Source of the DNA: a virus
Taxonomy: Duplodnaviria; Caudoviricetes
IMG/VR virus record: IMGVR_UViG_3300027805_000006
Length of the DNA: 64,000 nucleotides
Reading direction: 5' to 3' (one strand)
Shown: positions 47,340 through 56,469 of the stretch, piece by piece
Numbering within the stretch: position 1 is the stretch's first letter
Layout of the letters: every line of letters begins with the position of its first letter
Notes under the pieces: generated by a model
What the model saw: the letters and a program-made list of their open reading frames with translations, nothing else
Told to the model about the DNA's origin: nothing
The model's database searches: none
Made by a program: the position numbers and the translations under genes

Positions 47340-47966
47340 TTAGCGAACGTTATTGCTTGTGCTAGATTGACCAACGCCGGCCATTGTGCCGAAATTGACC
47401 ATGCCTTGACGAGTTTCTTGCAGTTGGCTTTGGAAGGCTTGTAGTTGGCTTGTTACGGCTGACCACTGACCTTGTTCTGCCATATGACGCCAGTGACGAC
47501 GTCCAAAACGCTCATCGACTAGTTCAGCATTACGCTCAACTAGCGCGCGATTTAGATCATGATACTTGAGATCATTGATTAGATCGCGGGTCTTTTGACC
47601 ATCAGCAAAGATTTCTTTGCTTAGGGTTGCTTGACCAAGAGCAACTGCTGTAGCAACCTTTTGGCTTTCTAGCGCCGCGGCTGCGGCTCCTGCTGCAACC
47701 GCCGCCTGAATCTCGTTTGTTGTACGAGACATATTGGCATCTGTCAAGACTTTTAGACTTGCTAGATCACGCGCAGCCTCATTGGCATTTTGTTGTGATG
47801 CAATATAAAATGCTACTGCTTGACCATCTAATCTATCTGCTTGACGATCAACTTCTGAAATGACGTCATGACGTGTGTCTTTGACATCACCACGCGTTGC
47901 GTAGAAATGAGCATCTGCATTTCGCTCGAATGAATTTAGATCGACTTGTGTTACTGGATCTGCCAT
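47340..47966 (-). CDS. hypothetical Ala/Gln-rich coiled-coil protein
   Basis: AAGGGGA SD before MADPV; ORF track extends to 48035. Confidence 0.75.
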   Translation of the reverse strand: MADPVTQVDLNSFERNADAHFYATRGDVKDTRHDVISEVDRQADRLDGQAVAFYIASQQNANEAARDLASLKVLTDANMSRTTNEIQAAVAAGAAAAALESQKVATAVALGQATLSKEIFADGQKTRDLINDLKYHDLNRALVERNAELVDERFGRRHWRHMAEQGQWSAVTSQLQAFQSQLQETRQGMVNFGTMAGVGQSSTSNNVR

Positions 47967-48183
47967 TTTAATTTCCCCTTTTTCTTTTTCTTTTTGGAAA
48001 TAAATGGCGGTGAGCATATTGAAACGTATATTCACCGCCTGCTCTTACGCTCATCTAGTATTTCTAGATAAGACTAACGGTGTTCGTCGCCGCTACCGAT
48101 ACGGGTTGGTTCCCATATTCATTGTGGTTCTCTTTGGAACCTTTTGCTTATTACTATTTATAGAGAATTGTGCAATTTCATCT

Positions 48184-48384
48184 TTATTCAGATTCAACTT
48201 TTGTAAGGTCCTCAACTGGATAACAATTGCCTTCTCGCGTATAAACCCTTAAATCGTGGTTTTTTACACTTGTATAATCTACAGTTTCAAGAGTTCCTTT
48301 CCGAACATTATGAACCTTACTGCCTGGAAAAAAGATAATTACCTTCTGAAGTTCGCTGAGTGCCTTCTCTCGCATACTATCCAT
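48184..48384 (-). CDS. hypothetical protein
   Basis: AAGGAG SD. Confidence 0.6.
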   Translation of the reverse strand: MDSMREKALSELQKVIIFFPGSKVHNVRKGTLETVDYTSVKNHDLRVYTREGNCYPVEDLTKVESE

Positions 48385-48421
48385 CTTATACTCCTTGAAA
48401 GGGTTATAGAGACATTATATA

Positions 48422-48571
48422 CTAATCATCAACCCTCGTATAATTTAAAACATTTCCAGTACCATACTGTGCCTCGCCCAACATCTTTGCTTCTAGGTCA
48501 TTGCTTGCCCAGATAATGGTATGTGCTGTTTGATAATTTCCAATTTTTACCCACAGTTCATACTTGTACAT
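48422..48571 (-). CDS. small phage protein (49 aa, MYKYELWVKIGNYQ...EAQYG)
   Basis: Translated by hand; abuts the stop of the barrel gene. Confidence 0.65.
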   Translation of the reverse strand: MYKYELWVKIGNYQTAHTIIWASNDLEAKMLGEAQYGTGNVLNYTRVDD

Positions 48572-48572
48572 T

Positions 48573-49427
48573 TTAAAACTCCATTTTCAATTTTAACTCT
48601 GCAAAACGATACTCAAACCCGCCGGCTAATCCATAGTCTCTTCCGACGTTTACTGACATAGATGTTGTCTTTGCTAGTTTAGTGTCTGCCTGTAGTTTCC
48701 AAGCAACTGCATCTTCAATGCTTCCACCTGAATCAATTTTAGTATTTTCAACTGTTGCTGATACCCGTGTATTACCAAAGGTTTGACGGATCAAAATACC
48801 AAGTCCTCGACGGCTGTATTCATCAGGAGAAAAATAGTTTGGTGAAAATGATATAGAATTGGTATATCCATGATACTTTGCAAAAACTATAACGCCGTTA
48901 GCAATTGATGTCCACGCCCTTACCCTATATCCTTGCTGTGTGTTGTTATCAGCATAGCGAATACTTCTAGCCCCAATAACAATTCCTGTGACGTCGTTTG
49001 ACAATTCAGTATTCGTCATTATGCCATAGTATGGAGTCTTTACAGGTGAAGAATTTGAAATAATTGTATCTCCAAAAACTGTTATCTCTGTAGTTATATC
49101 CTTAAGAGGAGAGAAGCGCGCGGTGGTATCTCCAACAAAATATGTCCTACCGTCAATTTCGCCAACTCCAAGATTTCCTGTAAATGACACATTGCTTATA
49201 CCATAATCAAGTACAAGAAATGCTTCCTTTGAATCAACTTTCCCAAATGCGGTTCGATGTGTTGAGTATGCTATTCCAACACCCAGCGGCGAACCTAAAA
49301 ACAATACTGAATTTTTTCGCGTCAAAATGCCATCATCATCTGCTTGAAATGATTTATATTCAACTGTTTCTGCAGATGCAACAGAAAAAACAAATATAAG
49401 TGCCAATAATGTAAAGATCTTTTTCAT
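48573..49427 (-). CDS. putative outer-membrane beta-barrel protein
   Basis: Signal peptide, alternating amphipathic beta strands, C-terminal Phe (LKLKMEF). Confidence 0.7.
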   Translation of the reverse strand: MKKIFTLLALIFVFSVASAETVEYKSFQADDDGILTRKNSVLFLGSPLGVGIAYSTHRTAFGKVDSKEAFLVLDYGISNVSFTGNLGVGEIDGRTYFVGDTTARFSPLKDITTEITVFGDTIISNSSPVKTPYYGIMTNTELSNDVTGIVIGARSIRYADNNTQQGYRVRAWTSIANGVIVFAKYHGYTNSISFSPNYFSPDEYSRRGLGILIRQTFGNTRVSATVENTKIDSGGSIEDAVAWKLQADTKLAKTTSMSVNVGRDYGLAGGFEYRFAELKLKMEF

Positions 49428-50893
49428 TTAGTTCCCCATGTTTTTTTGCTACCAACAACAAGTTCCTTTAGATAACCAAGCACACACGCTGGTTGAAGTA
49501 TCATTCCATATAGCAGTGAGTAAAACATAAACCCAATTAGGTTCTTTCTTACTCTTAATCCCTGCTTTCTAAACATCTCAGCCTGTGCGTCATACATTAT
49601 ATAATTGACAATCATCGCAAGTGGCAGCACGAACAGCGTAAGTGGGCCTGCAATCCAGTAAATTCCAAACAACGCAAGAATAATTCCTGGAATAAACACA
49701 AACGTGTATGTCAAGTCAAGTAGGAAGAATAGAGCATTCCACCAGATAAACAGAGTGGTCATCCGCACCTTGAATAGAAGTTGCCAATTTTCCTTGAATG
49801 CCTCCACAAGACCACGGCTCCACCTTTGACGCTGTCTAATAAATTGCTTCCAGGTATCTGGTGCATTTGTGAATAGACAGGCGTCTTCAGCAAAGCCAAT
49901 GCGGTAGCCCTTATTGAGCATTGACCACGTCAAAACAATATCCTCACCGACACACGCCGGCCATTGACATATCTCCTTTAGAACACGAGTTTCATATAGG
50001 CTAAAGGCGCCCTGCGCAACAAGTGTTCCCTGGTATAGACTTTGAATTCTCTTTACCGCAGCAATACCATGGAAGTAGTCCCATTCCTGTGTCTTCGTTA
50101 CCAGATTTTTTCTTGAGTTTCGCACAAGAACAGCACCAGCAACTGCAGCAGTGTTTTGGGGGTCGCTGAGGTAGCGCTCTACAATGTGCTTCAGCGCGTC
50201 CTTGAAGAGGTAACTATCAGCATCGATAGTAATCGTGAGCGCCGATTTTACCTTCGTCATACCAAGATTTAGAGCGCTACTCTTCCCGCGGTTCATACTT
50301 TCATTAATGAAGTACAGCCACGGGTATTGGTGCATTACTCCCATCACGCGCTGTGCAGTTCGGTCCTTGCTGCCGTCATTTATCAAGATAGTGGTCATCT
50401 GACCTGGATAATCTTGCCTATCGATACTTTCGAGCGTACTGAGGATATTGTCCTCTTCGTTATACGCTGCAACCAGTATTGTAATTGCTGGGTATTCATC
50501 TACCTTAGGTCGACGCGTAGGTCTCCTATCTAGAAGAAGGCTGCTAACCATGAACGCGTTCATGAAGCCAGGAAGAATTGCAATTCCGAATATAGAGATA
50601 AGAGAGATAGGATAGGTGACAATCTGCGCAAACTCATCGATCCACCGCTCAGCAACAATGTATGAGAATATCATCCATGCTGTAGCCGCAGAAAGTGAGA
50701 TGATGAACTTTTCTCGTGTTGTGATGTAGAAGTTTGTAAAGACAACGCAGAGAATAAAGAAGGTAAAGATTGCTACAGTCACGGCAGAAGTAACTACTTC
50801 TGCCTTAAAGATATAAACAAGCAGTACCGTGATAAATGCCAGCACTGCTCCAATCTTTATCTTATACTTCAAATTTTCATCAGAAAACAACAT
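49424..50893 (-). CDS. processive membrane GT2 polysaccharide synthase (PgaC/IcaA/hyaluronan-synthase-like)
   Basis: AAYNEE, INDGSKD, GKSSALN, IDADS, VGED, QRQRW (QxxRW); N- and C-terminal transmembrane helices. Confidence 0.9.
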   Translation of the reverse strand: MLFSDENLKYKIKIGAVLAFITVLLVYIFKAEVVTSAVTVAIFTFFILCVVFTNFYITTREKFIISLSAATAWMIFSYIVAERWIDEFAQIVTYPISLISIFGIAILPGFMNAFMVSSLLLDRRPTRRPKVDEYPAITILVAAYNEEDNILSTLESIDRQDYPGQMTTILINDGSKDRTAQRVMGVMHQYPWLYFINESMNRGKSSALNLGMTKVKSALTITIDADSYLFKDALKHIVERYLSDPQNTAAVAGAVLVRNSRKNLVTKTQEWDYFHGIAAVKRIQSLYQGTLVAQGAFSLYETRVLKEICQWPACVGEDIVLTWSMLNKGYRIGFAEDACLFTNAPDTWKQFIRQRQRWSRGLVEAFKENWQLLFKVRMTTLFIWWNALFFLLDLTYTFVFIPGIILALFGIYWIAGPLTLFVLPLAMIVNYIMYDAQAEMFRKQGLRVRKNLIGFMFYSLLYGMILQPACVLGYLKELVVGSKKTWGTK

Positions 50894-50994
50894 AATGTGC
50901 CAACCAACGGGCTATTTTCCATTAGTCTAATAACAGTCTAATATAACACGCCAGACTAACTTAAATAATTCTTATTTTGATTGAAGGCGGGTTG

Positions 50995-51402
50995 TTATTG
51001 AAGTGCTAGAAGCCTAGCAGTGGCAGAAAATTTCCCTGCAAGTGTATTTAGCCCATTAAGGTGAAACTTGCGTTCATCTTCTGGCAAACCATTTAGTTGC
51101 CCAAGCAGTTGCTCAATCTTCACTGCATCGGTTATCCATAAAACTATCTGCTGCTTTTGCTGCTCAGAGATCTTTCCATTTAGAAAAGTTTCAAGCGCTT
51201 GCATGTAGATTTCCATCTGTGCGCACTTATTTGCAGGATACATACCACTGCTTAGATCTAGCGCTACCTCTTTCAGCAGGTCACCAATGTCCTTAAGAAG
51301 GGCACACATATTTTCTCTTTCTTCTTGATTTAGTTTTTTTGCTAAATCAAAGCACTTTGAGAAAATGTTTATAAGCGCTGAAATTGTTGCAAGTGCTTCC
51401 AT
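50995..51402 (-). CDS. hypothetical protein
   Basis: Start MEALAT; the longer ORF-track call overlaps tRNA-Thr. Confidence 0.7.
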   Translation of the reverse strand: MEALATISALINIFSKCFDLAKKLNQEERENMCALLKDIGDLLKEVALDLSSGMYPANKCAQMEIYMQALETFLNGKISEQQKQQIVLWITDAVKIEQLLGQLNGLPEDERKFHLNGLNTLAGKFSATARLLALQ

Positions 51403-51423
51403 AATTAAAATACCTAGGAAAGG

Positions 51424-51499
51424 TGGTGCTGGATGTCGGATTCGAACTGACGACCCCCGCATTACAAGTGCGGTGCTCTACCAACTGAGCTAATCCAGC
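51424..51499 (-). tRNA. tRNA-Thr(TGT)
   Basis: Canonical cloverleaf, CCA. Confidence 0.95.
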
Positions 51500-51505
51500 G
51501 TATTC

Positions 51506-51581
51506 TGGTGGAGGTGAACGGGATCGAACCGATGACCCCCTGCTTGCAAAGCAGGTGCTCTCCCAGCTGAGCTACACCCCC
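51506..51581 (-). tRNA. tRNA-Ala(TGC)
   Basis: Canonical; G3:U70; CCA. Confidence 0.95.
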
Positions 51582-51631
51582 ATAAATTTATTTATGACCA
51601 AAAAAGCGCTGTTTTTCAACCACTGCGAGGT

Positions 51632-52057
51632 TCAGTGATATGGTGCAGTCCAGATATTAGTGGTCTCAGTAATAGCAAGTTCGAGTGCTTCCTGCAAAAC
51701 CTCCCGTGATATTACTTGACACGCATTATCTGCTAAGACCCACTCTATTGTTGCCAATGGCTGTAGTGCTGAAATTGCTCTTACCATACGATCTTGTGAA
51801 ACTTCATCTGCGTCAAACACGAGACCTCCCGCGGTAGTCACTTTTAGAACGGCAATTTGTGCCGGGCGCACCGCCTTTGCTTCATTTACTATGACTTCTT
51901 GCGGCTTAGTGCTATCAATGCTAGGAGAGTTTCCAGCCTCACACCACTGCTTATACGCAGTAACGTCGGCGCTGGTAGCACTTTGAGAAGGCAAGATTTG
52001 AACGCTGTCACTTACACGAATGACAGTGCCTGTGTAAAGATTAATAGTGTAGCTCAT
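51632..52057 (-). CDS. tail-fibre-associated protein (DUF4376-like)
   Basis: FDADEVSQDRM..A...WVLADN; follows the fibre gene. Confidence 0.7.
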   Translation of the reverse strand: MSYTINLYTGTVIRVSDSVQILPSQSATSADVTAYKQWCEAGNSPSIDSTKPQEVIVNEAKAVRPAQIAVLKVTTAGGLVFDADEVSQDRMVRAISALQPLATIEWVLADNACQVISREVLQEALELAITETTNIWTAPYH

Positions 52058-53964
52058 TCATCTGTCTCTATGTAAATTGACGAAATATCAATGCCTACGC
52101 GCTGAGCCGTAGTGTTATTACAGCGCCATAGCGATGGCGCCAATAATATTGTTTTTGCTGGTGTTATAGTACTACCACCAGTTACCGTACCATCAACAGA
52201 CGCGTTAGACGTTAAATTAGTGGCCTTCCAATACATAATTCCCTCAGCACCTTGCGGAGCAAATATTGCGAATTCAAATGCAGCTCCGATGGTGGGAGCA
52301 AAATTAGTTGCACCAAGTGCAACAGGAGTTTGTGGAATTGTTCCACCAAATACGACATAGAGCTGCGTATTACTAGACGCAAGTTGTGCCATCCCCAAGC
52401 AATTCGTCAGCGTACTTGGTTCAACGTTAGTGGGAGATATAACGCTTGACGATATACCTACAAATTGACGAGCATCAGTTATTACGGCTTCATCTGATAT
52501 GCCAAATCGAGCAACAAAGAAAAAACCGCCGGGGCCAGTTGCGTCACCTGTGGTAAACTGCGCTGCTGTTGAAAAGACTCCTGCAAAGCTCGATGTAGCG
52601 CTGTTGCCGCGATATCCTAATCGGCGCATTCTACCTAGGTACGTGGCAGCAGTTACATTTCGGGTTGTAGGACTACCAAGGTCAGAGAATGAGCCAAGAC
52701 CAAAAAGTGCGCCTGTTGCTGTATTGTTTCCAGGTGGGCTCCAAAGACCCGTTTTGTTTCTAGCAAGTAGAGGTTGAAGCGCTGTTTCAACGCCGACAGG
52801 ACCAACGAAGGTTGGCATAAAACGGTTTGCAATGTCATCACAGAACAGACGAGCAGTGTCGGCAATCGGCGCACCTGCTGCATCTGTGAAACCTAGGTCA
52901 AGGTAGTCGACCTTAAATCTGGCTGGTGCATAGTCACGGTCAATTGCAACTACAGCCTCTAGTGAAACTTTTCCAGTTGTCGTATAGGTTGAATTAACTG
53001 CAAATGTTAGGCGATAAATTGGGGCAGCTTCTAAAACTGGAAATCCAGTAAATGACATATTAGAAAATGGTTCATACAGTGCATCACCAAGTTCATTGTG
53101 CAGAGTTTGACCAACAACAAGGAAAGTTCTATTTGCTTCAACCAATGCAGTTGTTGCAAATAACCAATAATTTACGAATTTTCCTGATACTGCCTCAGTA
53201 GGAGTTCCAGCATCATCATACTTGATATAAGTGGTTGCAATCTCATACGGCTCAGTCCTAGTAGTAGAATATGTCCAAGCTGAACCATTTCTACACCATA
53301 TCATATATGGTCCACCAGAAGTTACTGCTGGAATACTTACCGCGATGTCTTCATCATTTACAGTACCTGAAGAAAGCGCGTATCGTACATAAGTATTATC
53401 TGTACCGTTTTCAATGGTATATCCTGAAATATTTAGACCGACGTTTGCCTTTCGTGTTCCTCGTGTTGAGTGCAGATAGGCATGGTACTTTGGGTCTCTC
53501 TGAGATGCGTGTCTCTCTTCCCAAGCCACTCCCTTTGTTCCGTCCCAGTAAATGTACGCAACGCACACGTGGTCCTCAAGGCTCCACGGTGTTGTAGTTA
53601 TGGTAAATGTTGGTGTGGTACTATTGAAGTAGAAAAAGTATGACCCTGCAGTTGTTCCGTGAGTGGCAGTAATTGTCGCAGCACCAGTTACTTGAATTCC
53701 ATTGTACCAGTACTTCACACCACCGGTCTGAGACAGCGTGACTGTTCTGGTGGCGCTATCATAGGTAAGAGTTGAATCGGTTCTATTGTCAAAACCTTGA
53801 AGTTCTTGAGTACCAGTCTTGAATGATTTTATTTCATCAGCAGAATTTTTGTAGTACAGTTGACCATCAAGGTAGTTGATTGCCAGTTCACCATAACTTA
53901 GGTCATTTGTTGTTGGTGCTCTATCTGCAACGGCTGATTTTTTAAGAAGAATTTTATTTGACAT
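52054..53964 (-). CDS. putative tail fibre / virion appendage protein
   Basis: N-terminal ILLKKS.VADRAPTT.DLSYGELAINY.DG; Thr/Gly-rich beta structure. Confidence 0.7.
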   Translation of the reverse strand: MSNKILLKKSAVADRAPTTNDLSYGELAINYLDGQLYYKNSADEIKSFKTGTQELQGFDNRTDSTLTYDSATRTVTLSQTGGVKYWYNGIQVTGAATITATHGTTAGSYFFYFNSTTPTFTITTTPWSLEDHVCVAYIYWDGTKGVAWEERHASQRDPKYHAYLHSTRGTRKANVGLNISGYTIENGTDNTYVRYALSSGTVNDEDIAVSIPAVTSGGPYMIWCRNGSAWTYSTTRTEPYEIATTYIKYDDAGTPTEAVSGKFVNYWLFATTALVEANRTFLVVGQTLHNELGDALYEPFSNMSFTGFPVLEAAPIYRLTFAVNSTYTTTGKVSLEAVVAIDRDYAPARFKVDYLDLGFTDAAGAPIADTARLFCDDIANRFMPTFVGPVGVETALQPLLARNKTGLWSPPGNNTATGALFGLGSFSDLGSPTTRNVTAATYLGRMRRLGYRGNSATSSFAGVFSTAAQFTTGDATGPGGFFFVARFGISDEAVITDARQFVGISSSVISPTNVEPSTLTNCLGMAQLASSNTQLYVVFGGTIPQTPVALGATNFAPTIGAAFEFAIFAPQGAEGIMYWKATNLTSNASVDGTVTGGSTITPAKTILLAPSLWRCNNTTAQRVGIDISSIYIETDE

Positions 53965-53972
53965 ACATCACC

Positions 53973-54884
53973 TTAGTATGTTCCACCATCAATGTCGGCG
54001 TAAACAAGCGTAGTACCATTTGATTGAAGAATTTTTCCATCTGCCCCAATTGTCAACTTATTGAGGCTTGTTGAAGCGTTGCCGATGAGGATATCACCTT
54101 GCGCATATGTTGATTGACCAGTACCACCAACAGATACAGCAACATCTCCATAAACAAGAGTTGTTCCATTTGATTGGAGTACTTGGTTTGTCGTGCCCCT
54201 AGTAAGTTTGCTAAGACCACTCGATACATTTCCAATAAGGATATCACCTTGGGCGTAGGTTATTTGTCCTGTTCCGCCAGCAGATGCAACTACCGCACCA
54301 TATACCAGTGTATTTCCATTTGACTGAAGTACATACCCATTTTGACCAATTGCTATCTTTGAAAGAGATGACGTATTATTGCCAACTATCAAATCACCCT
54401 CTGTGTATGATGTAAAACCAGTACCGCCCACATTCACTGCAACATTGCCATATACCAGTGTGTTGCCATTTGACTGAAGAACTTGGTTTTGGGTACCTCT
54501 TGAAAGTCTAGAAAGACCCACGCCTGTCGTACCAACAAGCAAGTCACCTGAAGAATATGTTGTCTGACCAGTACCTCCATTTGCAACTGCTAAAGTTCCA
54601 CTAAGTGTAATTGTTCCAGTTGACGTAATAGGGCTACCAGAAACCGTTAAACCTGTAGTGCCAGTTGAGAAAGCAACTGATGTAACGCCACCACCCTCAG
54701 AGGAGGATACTGCTATCCAACTTGAAGTTTTATAGACATAAAGTATGTCATTTGACGTATTAAAAAATAGTTCGCCTTTGTCAGGCTGGCTAGGGAATTG
54801 TGAGCCAGATGCAATAACTAAATTAGATAGTGCTGTACCTTCTGTTAGCTGAGGCGAGGCGAGTTCTGCAGAGTAAATGCGCAT
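53973..54884 (-). CDS. putative fibre protein with four ~39-aa repeats
   Basis: GGTGQTTY..GDLLVG....LSRL..G...QVLQSNG.TLVYG repeated; TAAATA at 54910-54915. Confidence 0.75.
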   Translation of the reverse strand: MRIYSAELASPQLTEGTALSNLVIASGSQFPSQPDKGELFFNTSNDILYVYKTSSWIAVSSSEGGGVTSVAFSTGTTGLTVSGSPITSTGTITLSGTLAVANGGTGQTTYSSGDLLVGTTGVGLSRLSRGTQNQVLQSNGNTLVYGNVAVNVGGTGFTSYTEGDLIVGNNTSSLSKIAIGQNGYVLQSNGNTLVYGAVVASAGGTGQITYAQGDILIGNVSSGLSKLTRGTTNQVLQSNGTTLVYGDVAVSVGGTGQSTYAQGDILIGNASTSLNKLTIGADGKILQSNGTTLVYADIDGGTY

Positions 54885-54962
54885 AGCAGTTTTTAGAATT
54901 ACTACTGGCTATTTATGAGTATACAACTATTATGGCAGCAAAACAACTGGTACTCTTAGGAA

Positions 54963-55037
54963 TGGTTGCGGACCCTGGAGTCGCACCAGGTATCTCTTGG
55001 TTATGAGCCAAGCGGATTACTGTCTTCCTCGCCCGCA
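54963..55037 (-). tRNA. tRNA-Met(CAT), T-loop TGCGACT
   Basis: Acceptor TGCGGGC/GTCCGCA-A-CCA; CTTGG-CTCATAA-CCAAG. Confidence 0.85.
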
Positions 55038-55041
55038 CTTG

Positions 55042-55049
55042 TATTTATA
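55042..55049 (-). promoter_or_regulatory. T4-type late promoter TATAAATA
   Basis: Exact consensus. Confidence 0.6.
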
Positions 55050-55051
55050 CT

Positions 55052-55585
55052 CTAATCCTCAAGGTACTTTACAGGGTCTTCCTCTAGATTAAGTGTCAAT
55101 GATATTCTAGGAAAAACACCCCCACAGAATACGGTATGTGGTGATGAAACTCTTAGTATGGTAGGTTTGTCAAGCACCACTGAATCTACAGGTGTAAAAA
55201 ACTCTCTGTTCTGCCACACTCGAGTTCCATCTTTGTTCACAGAGGTTAAATGGAAAAAGTGCGAAGGTATCTTAAAGAAGGTAGTGGTAGATGATTCACA
55301 ATTGAGAATTGGGATGTTGAGTCGAGCCTTCTGCCCCCTCTGCCCCACGATATGATCTGTATGCAGCGTAGAACTATCGCGAGTAAGCACAAGTGCTGCT
55401 GCTAACCATATTTTTGTGCCAAGTGCTTTCTCAACCGCCTCATTAAGTTCTGGAACAAGTGCATTGTCAAACTCATTCCAAAAAACCCCGCTGTAAATGA
55501 AGTGCTTCTCAATGCACAGGGCATGAAGTTTCTTTTGAATAATTCGAATATCACCAAGATCAACTTGACGGTAGTAGGCGCTCAT
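55052..55585 (-). CDS. putative Fe(II)/2OG-type dioxygenase (cupin fold)
   Basis: LHTDH...ARLNIPI...PHTV...PRISLT. Confidence 0.6.
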   Translation of the reverse strand: MSAYYRQVDLGDIRIIQKKLHALCIEKHFIYSGVFWNEFDNALVPELNEAVEKALGTKIWLAAALVLTRDSSTLHTDHIVGQRGQKARLNIPILNCESSTTTFFKIPSHFFHLTSVNKDGTRVWQNREFFTPVDSVVLDKPTILRVSSPHTVFCGGVFPRISLTLNLEEDPVKYLED

Positions 55586-55633
55586 CTAAAGGTAGGTATG
55601 AGTAGGGATAAGTTATTTACACGACATAAAATT

Positions 55634-55709
55634 TGGTCAGCCCACCCTGAGTCGAACAGGGAACACAAATTTAGAAGAATTGTATCATTTCCAGTTTCAC
55701 CATGGGCTG
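55634..55709 (-). tRNA. tRNA-Arg(TCT), degenerate D arm (possible pseudogene)
   Basis: Acceptor CAGCCCA/TGGGCTG-A-CCA; loop CT-TCT-AA; weak D and anticodon stems. Confidence 0.65.
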
Positions 55710-55725
55710 ATGAAGAATTACATAA

Positions 55726-55763
55726 TAGAAGCCGCTGCTCTAACCAACGTGAGCTACCGGGCC
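55726..55763 (-). pseudogene. 5' half of a tRNA ending at an anticodon-like CTTCTA
   Basis: GGCCCGG-TA-GCTC-ACGTTGGTTA-GAGC-A-GCGG-CTTCTA; no matching 3' half seen. Confidence 0.7.
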
Positions 55764-55768
55764 GTAAT

Positions 55769-55844
55769 TGGTCTCCCTGCCCAGATTCGAACTGGGACCC
55801 CATGAACCCAAATCATGAATGCCACCTGGTAACACTTCAGAGAG
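55769..55844 (-). tRNA. tRNA-Pro(TGG)
   Basis: CATGA-TTTGGGT-TCATG; acceptor CTCTCTG/CAGGGAG-A-CCA. Confidence 0.85.
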
Positions 55845-55906
55845 ACTGTATTTTGTAATTATATATTGACCACCAAGCAAGTAAACTATAGACTTGCTTG
55901 TAATTC

Positions 55907-55981
55907 TGGTCAGAGCACCTGGAGTTGAACCCGGACGACTCCGCTCCAAACGGAATTGGCTACAATACGCCTCCTACCCTG
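55907..55981 (-). tRNA. second tRNA-Pro(TGG), more divergent
   Basis: TTCCG-TTTGGAG-CGGAG; acceptor CAGGGTA/TGCTCTG-A-CCA. Confidence 0.75.
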
Positions 55982-56063
55982 TTGATAAATATGGGCCCCA
56001 AGTACTTATAGACGGTGTCTATGTTCCCATTCACGTTCCAAGCTTTCGCTCCGAAATTTTGTG

Positions 56064-56150
56064 CTCCGTCCCGAGGTTACGATCCTCGCATGCATTCCTG
56101 CATCCTTCCGGTTAACAGCCGGAGGCCTTCACCAAGCCAGCCCGGACGGA
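56064..56150 (-). tRNA. tRNA-Asn(GTT) with long variable arm and ATCGTAA T-loop
   Basis: TCCGTCC/GGACGGA-G; TCCGG-CTGTTAA-CCGGA; extra ATGCA-GGAA-TGCAT hairpin; no CCA. Confidence 0.8.
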
Positions 56151-56183
56151 ATAACTTTATATTTCAACAAAAATAGAACCGTG

Positions 56184-56254
56184 AGCGGGATACCGGGAAC
56201 GATCCGGTCTCACTAGCTTGGAAGGCTAGGGCACAGCCACTATACCAATCCCGC
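56184..56254 (-). tRNA. tRNA-Gly(TCC)
   Basis: CTAGC-CTTCCAA-GCTAG; T-loop ATCGTTC; no CCA. Confidence 0.88.
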
Positions 56255-56301
56255 GTGTATTGGCGGCTAAGCCGCCAATAGTACTGCTTCAACTGATTTT
56301 A

Positions 56302-56469
56302 TCAGTCTCCACCGCCAGCCTTCTTCTGCTTGCACTCTTCCTTTTCAGGATTCTTTGCGCAGTCCTTGTTGGCCTGAATTGCTTCCTTTTGGGCTGGTGT
56401 TTCTTGGCAGCCAGCTAGACCTAGGGTTGCAAAAGCTGCGATGACGATTGCTACATAAAGCTTTGACAT
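56302..56469 (-). CDS. small lipoprotein (55 aa)
   Basis: MSKLYVAIVIAAFATLGLAGC lipobox; AGGAGG SD; absent from the ORF track. Confidence 0.8.
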   Translation of the reverse strand: MSKLYVAIVIAAFATLGLAGCQETPAQKEAIQANKDCAKNPEKEECKQKKAGGGD

